Assembly: GCF_022045235.1 (NCBI RefSeq)
Contig: NW_027266308.1
Coordinates: forward strand, 37,076,001-37,140,000
Direction: 5' to 3'
Source: Haliotis cracherodii
Lineage: Eukaryota
DNA length: 64,000 nt
The position numbers and the translations under genes were made by a program. Of the stretch, positions 1 to 13,768 are shown piece after piece. The notes below the pieces were generated by a model. The model saw only the letters and a program-made list of their open reading frames with translations, ran no database searches and was not told the origin of the DNA. The stretch's first letter is position 1. Every line of letters starts with the position of its first letter.

Positions 1-2478
1 CTATTGAGCGTAGTTCCTGTGTAACACCTTGAAAATGTTAAATGGAGTGGTAGCTTTTCCAGTACAGACTGTAGTGGCGCTGAGACTTGGGAAGGAGACT
101 ACCTGACAGAAATGGCTGTTAGTCTCTATTTGGCTGATTGCCCTTTCCAGGAATCTGTGATGGTTTGACTGGCATCTGGCCAGCAACATACAGGGAAGAT
201 GCATTCCCCGCCCCCACCCAACTCCCGTCCCCCCAGCCCAATCTTGTCATTAGAGCAAGCACAGCTGTGCTTTGGGACAGTCCATTTATTGAATAGGGTT
301 GGCTAAGACATGATGGGAAAGATTATCTATTTTCAAAACGGTTTAGCAGATCTTGAAATAATGTTTATTTGAAATTGAAGTTGAAAATTACATTGCCTTA
401 AACCTGTACCCGGAAAGTAAAAGAAAAATCAGTTGTTTCTTTTACTACTTGTTACCCCTCTGTTTGAACTGGAATATTCTTGTGTAAATCATACTGAAGG
501 TAAACTGTGCATTCTTACTATGTAGTTTTGAGTGACTCATTTTAGCAGGAAATTCCACTTTGAAGAAATCTATTTATAGTGGAATTTCAATAAATGCTAA
601 ACATAATTAAGCAATTTACTTATCTGTTTCCTTGGTTACTTTGGAAGTTAGATTTCCATAAATATTTTCAGTTTTATTATTTGGTATTATTATCATGGAT
701 CATAAGATTCTCAATTGATGATGGTAAAGAAAAACCTACGAGAAGTCCTTTGTGAATTAGAATTATGCACATGAACTAGTGAAATAATTATTTTAAAAAT
801 GTCATATGCTGGTAATGAATACAGCATGTACAATATATTATTGTATAGAAATGATAATATCCAATATTTACCTGCAAATCTATACATACACTACCTAGGC
901 AATGGATCCGTGAAGATCTGGGGTAGAATAGGTCTTCAGCAACACAAGCTTGCAGTAAATTGCAACTATGCTTGTCGTTAGAGGCGACAAACGAAACCTG
1001 GTGGTCACACTCGCTGACTAGGTTGATGCATGTCATCGTATCCCAATTCCTTGGATCGATGCTCATGATGTCAGTCACTGGATTGTCTGGTCCGAATTCA
1101 ATTATTTACAGACCGCCATCATATAGCTGGAATATTGCTGACTGCGCAACAAACATACAAAACTTGGAAAATGTCAAATAAAACATACACAGGCAGTAGA
1201 CCTAGTACTTAATTTCAGTAAGAGAAGCAGGCCATTACAATCTGAGATACCTCGTGATAGGTATGGGTACACTCTTATCAATATATGGGGGTGGGGTGTT
1301 TACTTTTGAGTTAAACATGTAGCATGTACACAGAAATCAAACTGAGCATTTCGATGGGTTATTTCTGGGCAAGATATGCGATATTTGCACAGGCCTGCAG
1401 TTATAGTCATGAGTGTGTGAGTGTTTAATAATACTTCTTGTATTCCTACAGAACATGTCGAAATGCTTGTTGTCGTGGTTATCCTAGTTTATTGCAGATT
1501 AATGTTTAGCATTGTAACAATGATACCTCTGACGTTGAGTGTGTCTTTGTATTATTATTTGTGAATACTGCATATTTAATAACATTTTCCCAATAGTTTA
1601 TCAACACTCATGATATCGTTATATGGTAAGTGATCAGTCCTTTGTGAAGTCAACATTATGGGATTTGTCGATTTCCAGGCATTTAATACTCTAATAAACA
1701 AAGAAATCTGAAAATACACACTGGATTATTGGACATTGTAAAGCTATCGGTAAATTTCTGCAGCACTCTCTTCGACATGTATCCAAACAGCTGTGAGAAA
1801 GACATGATACCTCTCCTGTATTGTGCCTCCTAACAGTGGATATTGTGATACAACAATCACACTGCCTGATGAGCAGAATGAGGAAAAATATGACTGAGCT
1901 AAATTTTCGGATGTAACTATTGTGATGCTGAACACTCGGAAAACAATTTCATGAAATTATTCATGAATCACTTCAAAACCAATTTATGTTACTCAACCAG
2001 TAAATTTGCAACACAATCTAATTTCTATTTCAGCTGATTAATCACTGTAGATAATCACTATCTATAATCACTATCTATAATTGTGTTAAGGGTGAAGGGG
2101 TACCTTAATGGTTCAAGCATGGCTTGTAGTACTTTAGAACATGGATTGACGCCGCACATGGGTACAATGTATGAGGCCAAATTCTGCAGTTATCGTGGTT
2201 ATAGAGTCCTCTGTCCTGATATGTCAAAAGCAGTGTAAAACCTAGTGTCTCCCAGAACCTGGAGAATATATATAAAAAAAAGGAGTCCAACTCAAGTCTA
2301 GAATGATATTTGCAAGTCTAGATTTCCTTAGCCCTAGCTCTTAAATTAAGCATTGTTCAGCGCTTGATTTGAATTTTACTTTTTATTTTGTATATTTAAA
2401 TTAGGTAACTTTATTTGAAGGACTAATGGTCTGTCAATGTAAAACCCTATTCACTGTAAGCCTTGTTTGTTCCTCCAG

Positions 2479-5400
2479 GCCGGCATCCAGGTGATCCAGG
2501 AAGGTCTGACTAAGCAGCCCATGTACCAGGTCTCCTCCGGTATGGTCCAAGCTGACCAGTCCACCTACCAGACCACCCAGCCCACTGCCGTGTCCTCTCA
2601 GTCAGTACAGTTAGCCACAACACAACCCACGGTCACAAGTTTTGTCCAGCAGGCCAACACTGGCCACACTGTCACAGTGTCTCATGCACCACCCTCATCA
2701 AAAGCAGCCACTGCAACTGCAGCAACCAACATCTCCATGCAGATTCCTGCTGGACTTATCCTCCCTGGTGAGTTGCTAGAGTTGCCTCCCTCATGTGCCA
2801 AGATCTGCTTCTTTTTGGTTGGATAGGCCTTGCAGGAAGTTACCTGTTTTTGAGACGAGGGGACTTTAAGTATTAATAAGGTTGGGTGGGGTGGGTGGGG
2901 GAGGGGAATGATCACAAGGGTCCAATTCTAGGACATGTGGCACATAACTTCATATCATGTGATTGTTAACCTTCTAGCACCTAACAGGCAGCTTGGGTTG
3001 TATACTCCCCTGGGAGCTGAGAATGATTGTTGAGTGCACACTGATCCAGTGACCGGGGTAATGATAGCAATTTGAGTATGCCCTGTGTGGTGTGGAAATA
3101 TGTGCAATATAAATGGCCTATTATTATTATTAGTAGTAGTAGTAGTAGTATTTGGTTTGAATAAAATGAAGCCCTGGCTCATGGTCAACTGACCCTCCTC
3201 ATGCTGAGTTATGAATAATTGCACTTCATCGAATTGTATATCACCATGTTATTTGTTACAGGTACCCCCATCACTATTCCTATACAGCAGGGACATCAGG
3301 CTGTTGTAACAACACAGCAACAGCAGCAACAACATCAGCAGACAGTGTATAGGATACCTTCAAGTCAGCTCGTCTCGGTTGCAGGTATGTGCAAGAAATT
3401 AGACGCAGACCGACCCTTTAAGACACAGCTAGACTTTATATAAGTTGCTTGTCTCTATATAACCCTGTGGGGTTCCAGGTTAGAATAGGTCCCAGCAACC
3501 TATGCTGGTGGTACGAGATGACCTAATGGAATCGGGTGGTCAGGTTTGGTGACTTGGTTGATTGTGTGTCATCACTCCCTGATGACTTAGTTATATAATC
3601 ACTGGATTGTTTGGTGCAGACTACAGTCAACATATTGCTGGAATATTGCTGAGTGTGGCATTGTCATATACCTTGAATATTGCTGGGTGTGACGTTAAAT
3701 AACAAACAATGATAGCTTTGATGGCATCAGAATCAATACAGGTATTTTTCTTTGAAAACAAATTTTAGGCTAGTTTAATACATTAAGATAAGTTTAGGTG
3801 AGACTTAATTATTAATTCATATTGCAAAGTTGATTAGCACTAAAATATGAAAATAGGAAATATATGACATTAAAATATGTGTCCATTATATATTAACACA
3901 TCAAGGTGAACATCATTATCTATTGTTATTGTAATTTGTTTCAGAATTTTTTTGTCAAAACTCATGAAAGCAGAGTAAATCAAAATCACAAACATTTTAT
4001 GAAACAATAAAACTGTCAAACACTACAATAAAATATAATATTTTTTATATCTAATTTTGGGGGCCAAGCTCATTCTTAAATTAAGGAAAGAAATGCCAAA
4101 TTGAAATACTCCTGAAGATTAGCTACATTAATTATTGTAGCTACTAGTGAAGAAGCATTGCACCCTGCATGGTGCATCCATGATTGCAGACAAGTGGTTA
4201 TTTATCAGTAGTTGTTTAATGTCATTGAGCTGAAAATATGACTATCTTCTGAAGGCATGTAAACATGGACATGTTTTTTACTGTTTCAGGTAGTCAGTTA
4301 AATACAAGTAGCAGTGACACATCTCAATCACCTGTTTCATCAGCATCAACCACTCCCTCCAACATCACCATGGTATCGGGTAAGTATTGAAACTGTAAAT
4401 CTGAAACAAACACATCCTCTACAACACAGTTCTGTCTGATCTTGTCAATGTGAAACAGGGTGGTCGGGTAGCCTAGTGGTTAAAGCGTTCGCTCGTCACA
4501 CCGAAGACCCGGGTTTGATTCCTGACATGGATACAATGCGTGAAGCCCATTTTGGTGTCCCCCGCCATGATATTGCCGAATATTGCTAAAAGCGGCGTAA
4601 AACCATACTCACTCGCCCACTCAATGTGAAACAGCCACACCCTTCAACAGCACGTCTACATGGTCTCATTATATCTTATATTAAACCTTAAAATTTACCA
4701 CACCTGAACACTTTTTTATTCCTGCTATTGATGACATTTCTTTGAATGTGTTATTCCAAGTATACACTGGTATAGATGGCATATGAATGTGTTATTCCAT
4801 GTATAGATGACATATGAATGTGTTATTCCATGTATAGAAGGCATATGAATGTACTATTCCATGTGTAGATGACATATGAATGTGTTATTCCAAGTATAGA
4901 TGGCATAGGAATGTGTTATTCCATGTATAGATGACATATGAATGTGTTATTCCATGTATAGATGGCATATGAATGTGTTATTCCATGTATAGATGGCATA
5001 TGAATGTGTTATTTCATGTATAGATAACATATGAATGTGTTATTTCATGTAAAGATGACATATGAATGTGTTATTCCATGTATAGATGACATATGAATGT
5101 GTTATTCCATGTAGCGATTGATGATATAGATAACTTACATGCTTTTCCACCTATAGATGACATCTGTGTGTTTTATTACATCCATAGACTATGTATGAAT
5201 GTGACTACTTTTGAATACTTAATTCCACTTAAATATTCCGTATGTGATATTTCCCCTATAGATGACTATTGAATGTTAAATTCCATATACATCATGATAC
5301 ATGTAAATGACTTATGACTTTAATCAATTCCCTATCTGCAACTACTTTGTAGCAGATGGACTTCTTCCAGGATCAGCATCAATGAGTGGCAACGCAATGA

Positions 5401-7427
5401 CCCCCGGGATTGTAATGTACCAAACACCCCAGGGTGTGGTGTATGCCACGCCCACTGCCACGTTACAGGACCGGGGGACCATCTTCAACTTCCAGCAGCC
5501 TGCAACAGCCATCTCCATGCAGCAACAGGACCAGCAAGGCATGTAGAACTCACCCCACGGGTAGAATCAAGGGTTGAAAAACACATCACGCTATCAACTC
5601 TTGCCAACTTTGAAGAGTCAAAATTATTATGGAAATAAGAATTGTTAAAATTTAAGAAAATCAGTGCTCTTTACCATTCTTAGTGCCATTGAGACACGGT
5701 GGGATATTTCCATCTAATTTAAGAAAAGGGAATATTTTTTTATTTTTTTTATTTATTTCCATAATTTCAGGTACAGGCAAGCAGCAAATGTTACATTATC
5801 GTTGAAGTACGCATACTATAATTGACTTAGCATAAACAAAAACATTTATTATGCAGTATTACATACTGCTGAAATTGTCATGGAAAACTATACAAGCTAG
5901 CTGTGTATATATATAGATACATACTGAATTCATGACACGACGTTAAACCCCATTTCACTTCACCTCACCTCACCTCACAGAATTCCTAAAACGGTACATA
6001 TAAAATGATAGTTAATAAGAATATCACAATATACAACAAGTATAGGTTTTGATATGCATTGGAAACATTATGGATCGTCAACACAAGTTTTTCTCAACTT
6101 TAAAGATAAGGTTCACTCAGGCACAATCAGCAAATTACTTTCTTTAAACAGTAAGCTGGTAAGTGTAGAGATGACCAGAAGGGAAAGAACTTTTCTTTTT
6201 CTCCACTCGAAAAATAAATAAATTTAGTAAGGTCATAAGAAAAGTAAAGGGAATAATGTAAAAGTTGTGTTACTAGTTTGGGGTCAAGTGGCCAACAGGC
6301 TGTGTGACACCCTGGTTAATGCACCACATGAGGAACTGTAGATGCTAATATTTGGTGAGAATAATTAAGTAATATTGCTTTGCTTTAGACCCGTGAAGAT
6401 ACAGGTTAGAACTGGTCTTCAGCGACTCATGCTGGTTGTTAGAGGCGACTAACAAAATATGACTCATCAGCCACTAAGAAATTTTGATTATTCGATTATT
6501 TACGGATCACCATCATCAGCTGGAATATTGCAGATAGCAGCATTTAACAACAGACAATCAATCAACACTTTGCGTTAAAGATTAAGCTGTGCGTTAGTGG
6601 CGATATGTCCTCAATGGGATCCCAAACTACCATGCACTGGAGATTGTATTATAGATGCCGTTAAGACAGCGATATATGATACACCTTATTGGACTTACTG
6701 TTATAGTGATTTCTATCTGTGTGATTTCTATATTTATATTCTGTTTGTGTTCCAGTTGGTAGTGGAACTCAGCAGATCATTACAATTCCAGTCCCCGTGT
6801 CACTGGCAAATTCAGGACAGGTACGTAATTCTTTTTTGGAGAAATCAAATAGAGTTTTATTATCTCTTTCCGTCATTATTTTTGATCAGGTGTCAGTGAA
6901 GATTTTCCATTGTCACAAACTACACTGAAAGCTTGTTAGTCCAGAAACGCCAGCTTCTACTAGATTACTACATATTAGAAACGTCAGTGTGTTTATACAG
7001 GAACATTACTCTGTACCCATGGTTTATTTATCCTTGTGCAGATTCCTGGTTAAAATTAATTCCCAGCATCTTATACTGGTTGTAAGAAGCGACCAAATGG
7101 ATCGCCTGGTCAGGCTTGATCAATCGGACTCTGACAACATGGATCAATGTTCACAGTTATCAATCACTGGATCGTCTCGTCAAAACTTGTTTATTTAACA
7201 TCCACCGTCATGTAGCTGGAATAAGTGTGGCAATAAACAACAAACAAACTACATGTTAATCTGAACAATATAATTGGGTAGATACCATCCTGATTAAAGC
7301 GGTGTCACTGTATTCTGGTGCATTGATCACATTACTATGCGTTTGCTTCCAGGTTTTCCACCTTGCAACAGCTCACCAAGAGACAGTGGAGGTGGCGCCC
7401 CCTCCTGTGAAGAAAACTCGAAAATGA
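2479..7427 (+). CDS. SRF: 3' part (last six coding exons) of a Q/S/T-rich transcription factor, probably serum response factor (SRF), C-terminal region
   Basis: Phase-consistent exons 2479-2767, 3262-3384, 4290-4379, 5353(or 5356)-5538, 6756-6820, 7353-7427 (TGA). All acceptors are AG; donors are GT except GC at 5539. The protein ends ...VSLANSGQVFHLATAHQETVEVAPPPVKKTRK*. Motifs SMQIPAGLILPG and PGIVMYQTPQGVVYATP resemble vertebrate SRF LMQLPTSFTLMPG and PGGLMYPSPHAVMYAP (recalled, not searched). The MADS box would lie upstream of the window. The exon chain is well supported; the gene name is moderately supported. Confidence 0.65.
4458..4620 (+). mobile_element. tRNA-derived SINE, family F1 (~165 bp)
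   Basis: A box TAGCCTAGTGG, B box GGTTYGATTCC, tail GATATTGC..AATATTGCTAAAAGCGGCGTAAAAC+(ACTC)n, TSD TCAATGTGAAACA. Other approximate copies: 10560-10722(+), 12000-12175(+), 16520-16655(+, truncated), 25988-26153(-), 33567-33725(+), 35297-35458(-), 40041-40204(-), 41271-41435(+), 60972-61140(+). Confidence 0.85.
4735..5112. repeat. 31-bp minisatellite (about 12 copies) in an intron of the SRF-like gene
   Basis: Unit ATATGAATGTGTTATTCCATGTATAGATGAC; degenerate copies trail to about 5290. Confidence 0.92.
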
Positions 7428-10400
7428 AGCCTCGGAAGCCTCAGTGTCTTGTGTTTGGAACCCTTGTGAGGAAGATGAGCCGTGCAGTGACAGATGTTTA
7501 ACACATGTCGTCACCCTTTGTTACGTGGGAATGGGGACGGACAATAATGTGCAATGGTTTCTGATGGTGCCTGGTTAGGTATGGCCTTTTGCCCGGTGAT
7601 AGCCATGCCTGCCTCTGTAACCATGGTAACATCCAAATGGACCAGGATTGTTGTTTATACGGGATCATCCGGGATTGGCATTTTCCAAAGGTTTCATATC
7701 TACCTAGGTGGTTCAGACCCAGAGGTACACAGCCTTCATGAAAGAAATCATGAAAAATTCAATGGCGAAAATGTGTGATGTTGCATTTGAATCTAAATTT
7801 GTGGTGTATGTTTCATGAACTTACAGGAATTCTGTTCAGTATGGGATGTATCAATGGTCAGTCCTTTTGAGACCGTTGACCTCAAAGGCAACCCTGGAGG
7901 GATTGGTCAGTTTTATGTTGAATGATTTTATTGAGCCATCACAGCATTCAGTGCATGAGTCCACTTAGAGTTGTCTCCCCTTTACTACTAGACAAGGTCA
8001 TGTGTGAAGCGGGGCCCCCCCCTGGTCTGTGTGTGGATATGTTTATACCCCTATCGGGATAGTGCTTTCAATGCTTGCCAAAGTACATATTGTTATTTGT
8101 CAAGTTTGTACTAACTATGAACATTGTTATGTGATTTGCATGATGAAATTAAAAACATCGTGAATTAATGCAACGTGCCATTGAACATTGTTGAGGTGCC
8201 GGCCAAAAAAGTAAATTTGATTTTCATTTTCCCATTCTTACACTTTCACAGAATGTAACATGAATTAAAGTTAATCATGATTATGATGATGAACATATGT
8301 CCTAGGTCACACCTCAGTGTCTCTCTGGCTTTTGACTATGCTATCTAAAATGGGTTCAACCACTCAAATGAACCACTAAACATGAAACGAAGGTGTATTG
8401 GGAGTTGTAAACTTTATTATGGTGATGTATTATATTGTATAAAATTATGGTTATGATACCAAATCAATTTTGCCATTTTGGAACTTGGAGAAGAAAAATT
8501 TGTGTGCTTTTTGTTACATTGCACCTTCTTAGCCAGCAAATCTTTCAGTTTGAATTAAGGATGACATCTGCTGAGAAAGAATCTCAGTGCTTAGCCTTAT
8601 TCCTCAGTGAATTCATCGAGGATTCCTACTAGCGCTTCATGCATACACACTTATTGATTTACACATTTACTCACACCTTAAACATGTTAAATATGAAATA
8701 TTTTTTCCATTTATTGAGTATTTTGTAAAGTGGTAAAATTTGTTAGTGATTGTCCCGTTCTAAATTTGTCACCACCTTGACAAAGGTGAACAATGTTTTG
8801 TTGGTGTGCTGTTGAGTTCATTGGATATTGTCATGGAAATTATCTCTGAACTCAATCACTGGCACTTGACATCCAAATTTGAAATTATTTTTCAAGATTA
8901 CGTTTCAACTTGAAAGGCCTGTACTGTCTTTGTCGTCCAGTGCCACGGAAATCAGTGTTGTAAGGCGTTGTCTTGATGACAGTACAGTGATGTAATATAT
9001 AAGTGCCTCTACTGACCTGTTCCTTATAGTGAAGGTATGTGTCAGCTTATCACTATTTTAGCTCTATGCACGTTTTCACAATTTGTCTGTGAGATTGCTT
9101 ATTTAGAAGAGTCATGAGTAGATGAATGCACTCTCAAAATACAGTTTTAAAATACCTCTGAATTTATGAAAATACAGCTTTAAAAAAAATCCACATTTTT
9201 AACATGTTTAACAAAATAAGGATTTTTGTCCCCAACTTGACTGTTGGAGACAATTAATTTGAAATCCTTGATAAATCCTGGTACCGTATTCGACGTAATA
9301 AGCGCCCACGGCGATATTTGCTAATATATTGGCTAGTGAACAATCCCAATTAGCACCCCTTCCGATGATTCAATGTACACAAGACTTATTTATTTGTGTA
9401 TAATACGTGTGTTATATGCATCCTTAATTATGGGAAATTAAATTCTGGAAAAACACATCTGTCGTATATTTACATTTCAGGCTGTCAGCATTAACCACGA
9501 AATTTTAGATCTTTCAATTGTTTTTCACCAAAATAATATTCTAATAAGAGCACCCTTTTTCTAATTTTGAGAGCGCCCTGGGTGCTTATTATGTTGAGTA
9601 CGGTATATCATGCAAAAAGTGTATTGAACTACTTCACAAAATTTACCTTACAATACAGCAGATGAAGTGTTTTAGTCTCTAGCAGTGCTTAGCCTTAAAG
9701 GAAACTGACAGTTAAACAATACATCTTGATACTGCTTCATGAAAAAGTCACTTTCTTATTCCTGTATCAGACATTCACACTAATAAAAACGGACAAATTT
9801 CTAAAAGTCAATTGTCTTGAGAACCAATTGGTTGATTGCTTGAAGCATTATATTTTTTATTGCCTGCCTATTGAATGGCTTTGGTAAATTCTTTGTTTGT
9901 TCCACACATGATGTGTGTTCGGTTTTACCCTTTTGTTTATTTTATTTTACTTCAACATAGATAATATGTTACATTGAAAGATGATTCTAGTAATGCATAA
10001 GATATGATATTTAGACAATGGTAAAAGGTGCTGAAATCTGACAAATGTCCTGAGATTCCTACCTGCTCATACACTACTTATCCCATGGCTTTCAGTATTG
10101 CTCGTAGAACAGATTGACCTTCAGTCCAACCTTTATCTTGTTGATAGTCTTGAAATATATATTTTTGCTGTGTTTATGTTTTTAACCTAGATATATCTGA
10201 AGTATCTATCACACCACAAGGGCTGTTGTGGAGCTGTTTCTGTCTGTAATCTTGAGAACTTTACACACAGATTAACAATAATTTATCACAGGATGTTAAG
10301 TTAAGCATGATTTCGGCTCATGGGTCCGTTGATCATATTCCAGAAATCATCACAGATGCAGAGAAACATGATATAGGTTATGACTATGTGATGGTGAATG

Positions 10401-11940
10401 TGTCCAGGTGTTTGAAATGCTTCCAACAACATCACGACATCAACATCCTGACATAATATATTTAATTCAGTTTGCAGTGTCCAAATGCATGAACTCAGAT
10501 AAGTAGAGCCAGTGCAAGAGAAATAATTGTTAGCTATTCCCTTTCCTCAAGAATCCATGGGGCGGTGGGGTAGCCTAGTGGTTAAAGCGTCCGTTCGTCA
10601 CACCTAAGACCAGGGTTTGATTCACGGCAAGAGTACAATGTGTGAAGCCTATTTCTGGTGTCCCTGCCGTGATATTGCTGAAATTGTACTAAAAGCAGCC
10701 CAAAACCATACTCACTCACTCTCTCCAGAATCCATGAGGATGATGTAAAAAAACACTTTGAAGAATGTAGTATTATACAAGACCGTGAGGTATTGGCGAT
10801 GGTTATCTCATTTTCAATTCTCTGTCATGCCTACCAGACATTGGCATACAAAACTAAAGACTTATGTATGAATTTTGGTGTGAGTTGGACCTTGATAGAC
10901 CTTTTAGTGATCCAAGCTTGTCCTTAATTCTTCATCTGCTACTGCTACTGCTACAACGCCCCTCCTGTTAAAGTGATTTGGTTGGACTGTCTGGGTCACA
11001 GGAATTGTCACAATAATATATGGCCCAAACAGGTTCAAAATTAGGAATGAAAGTCAAGGGCTCCTTGTTATGCCCCTATGTTAACAGTTTAACACTTAGG
11101 AGGTCCCTGTATACAAATCTAGAAAACTGCAAGGACCTCATGATCCCCTTTGTTTAAAACACTATCATACATGCCGCTTACACAACAACATCCATTATCA
11201 GATATGTACTTCATATCTGATATAGAATCCATATTTGATCTGTACTTAATAGGACAAGAAAGTGGGATTCATATGAATAACATCTATTGAGGCCAGGGAT
11301 TGGTTGTCAGTTGTGTATTATCACTTATAATTTATAGCACACTGAAACAGTAGGTGGAGTTATTCGTTAAATTTTCATGTGGGAGAAGCCAAAGTATTTT
11401 CTTTTAAAGGCAGTGTAGATGTATTTAGGGTGATTTAACCAAACATGAGTTGCATCCAATCCTATGGCGATGACAGGTTGCATTTGTACATGTTAATGTC
11501 AAGGCTGAAATTAATTTATTTGGATACTAATTTAGTAACATTGTTCATAGCTTTTGTGTTAATATTGTATATTTTACATTACCAAGATTAACAAACAGCA
11601 CGAAACAGAAAGAACTGTTGTTGACCTAAATGTCCAGTGTTTCACCTTGACCCCCCATTCCTCCCCACCCGACCTTCTCTCTTCTGTGTGGAAAATCACC
11701 CTTTCCATTGACAGGCCAGACCTTGTGATGTTAAGCATTTTGTTGATAATCAGATTAAATATTGGAAGTATTTATTTATGAAATGTTTGCTATTTATTCT
11801 ACCAGTGTCTGTCTGTTACTATGTGCTTCACCACCATGTTGTCATGGAAACAGATGCTCTATTTTGTATCTATGGTGGACTGGACCTTCATATTTTTGTA
11901 CTATTTGCAATGCAATAAAATGTTGAAAACCACTTGCTTC
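7428..11940 (+). other. Probable long (~4.5 kb) 3' UTR of the SRF-like gene
   Basis: No further exon found after the stop codon. AT-rich sequence with ATTTATTTA near 11770 and AATAAA at 11914-11919. The endpoint is inferred. Confidence 0.35.
9284..9603. mobile_element. Tc1/mariner(pogo)-type MITE
   Basis: Imperfect TIRs CCGTATTCGACGTAATAAGCGCCC and GGGTGCTTATTATGTTGAGTACGG, flanked by TA. Confidence 0.7.
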
Positions 11941-13691
11941 TTATCTTCCATTATGTCTCACCTGGACCTTCATATGCCACTGCTCTGCCATCCACATCAA
12001 GGGGCGGTGAGGTAGCCAAGTGATTAAAGCTCCTCTTGCCGACTCAGGTTCTATTCCCAAAATGGGTACAATGTGTGAAGCCCATTTCTGGTGTCCCAAC
12101 CGTGTTATTGCTGGAATATCAATTGCTAAAAATGGCGTAAAACCATGCTCACTCACTCACTCACTCACTCACTCATCCACATAAATTATTACAAGGGATA
12201 AATATGTCCCTGTAAAAACAGACAAAGTTTTTAATAATGTTATTTCTCATTTGTTTTTAAAGAAATCATAGTTGCTTGGAATAATAAAGTGTAGACTAAA
12301 CGAACCAAATTTATTATCCGGGTACCCGACCCTACCCGGGTACCCAATGAAGGTCTCAAGAGTTTGGAACGAAATGTGTGATTGTGAATAGTTTTACCGC
12401 AGTCCTGGCAAAAACTATTTAGATACATGTATCAAACCTACAGACCATGCGCACACTGAAGTAGACTGAAGCTTTATCTCTACTCACACATATACAAGTC
12501 AAAAGGAATGTGCATATCGTCTGAAGGAAGTCTGAAGGGGGCAGCTGCCGCAAAGAACTGGGTAGAGAATAGGTCTTCAGCATCCCATGCCGTAACAGGC
12601 GACTATGCTTGTCGTAACAGGCGACTATATCGGGTTCGGGTGGTCAGGCTCGCTGACTTTGTTGATGCATATCATTGTATCCCAATTGCGTGGATCGATG
12701 CTCTTGATGTCAATCACTGGATTGTCTGGTCCAGACTCGGTTATTTACAGACCGCTGGAATATTGCGGAGTGCGTCGTTAAACAACAAACAAACAAAACA
12801 TGACATACAAGTGGAAAAGAACATTTCGATTATTCGATTATTTACGGACCGCCATCATTAGCTGGAATATTGCTGAGTGCGGCATGAGACAACAAACACA
12901 CAACCCTACTGAAGACTCATTATGGCACAAGCGTCAATGTTAAAGGCAATAAATATTCACATATTTTACTGACGCTTCCTTCAGTGTCTTGACGCGGCAC
13001 CTGCATTAGTATGTTTAAACATAATGTCAACAAACAATTTTTCCTATGCGGAACCTTTGAAGAAACGTTTCTTAAAGTAAATATATCAGAAAATATCCAG
13101 AGACGAATTCCATAATATGCCACAACCAAAGGAGCTATCGCAAAAGGCCAAGGGGTTTCGATGCAAGAAGCATGGAGACAATTGTTGGAAGCAGTTCTAC
13201 TGGCAGGTCCCGAGGATCGATTAAATTTGGCTTTTGAAGACACCCAAAACAAAGTTAAATGAAAATCGTGAATTCAATTTGTTTTTTTAATTTGTTTGTA
13301 TCTGGTAATGAACAGTCTACATATACGCATATCAAAGTTAAAAGAACCGGGCCACTTGCTTATCGCTGATGCCAACATGGGATAACTCCTTGATGAAAGC
13401 TCCACCTCAGTGCGTGATATATTATTCACATTCTTTCACCACTCGCCCCTTTCCGTAAGCTACTTGTCCCGGCGCAAGTTGACGACGCGCATATGGAGCC
13501 GGGAACCAGCTTAGAAACCAGTCTATCGCGAATGTATATCGCTGTGATGAGCTTGTGGCGAATGATTCACGTCCCATGCTCCTCACAGCGAGAGCCCGTT
13601 CAGAGTGCTCTCTATTACTACCGAGAGTGTTACGACGGTGTCACGCGCTGGAAAGGAGCTTGGATTCAGACCTTGATCGTACGGTTGCATA

Positions 13692-13709
13692 CGGAAGTAG
13701 TCACATGAC
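13692..13709 (+). promoter_or_regulatory. ETS site (CGGAAGT) next to a CLEAR/M-box-like E-box (GTCACATGAC) in the NPC2-A proximal promoter
   Basis: CGGAAGT at 13692-13698 and GTCACATGAC at 13700-13709, about 60 bp upstream of ATG 13769 in a CpG-richer patch. One mismatch from the CLEAR consensus GTCACGTGAC; the reverse complement contains the M-box TCATGTGA. Confidence 0.5.
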
Positions 13710-13768
13710 TGACAGTCAGGCGATCACGCGAGGGAAGGCTATCAATGGAAGATTTGTTTGCCAAGAAA

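Noticed and set aside
788-1181. Recurrent short ORFs with ITGLSGPDSIIYRPPSYSWNIAEC or VVRLADLVDAC motifs at many positions
   Set aside because: Incidental translations of repeat family F2, not a protein family.
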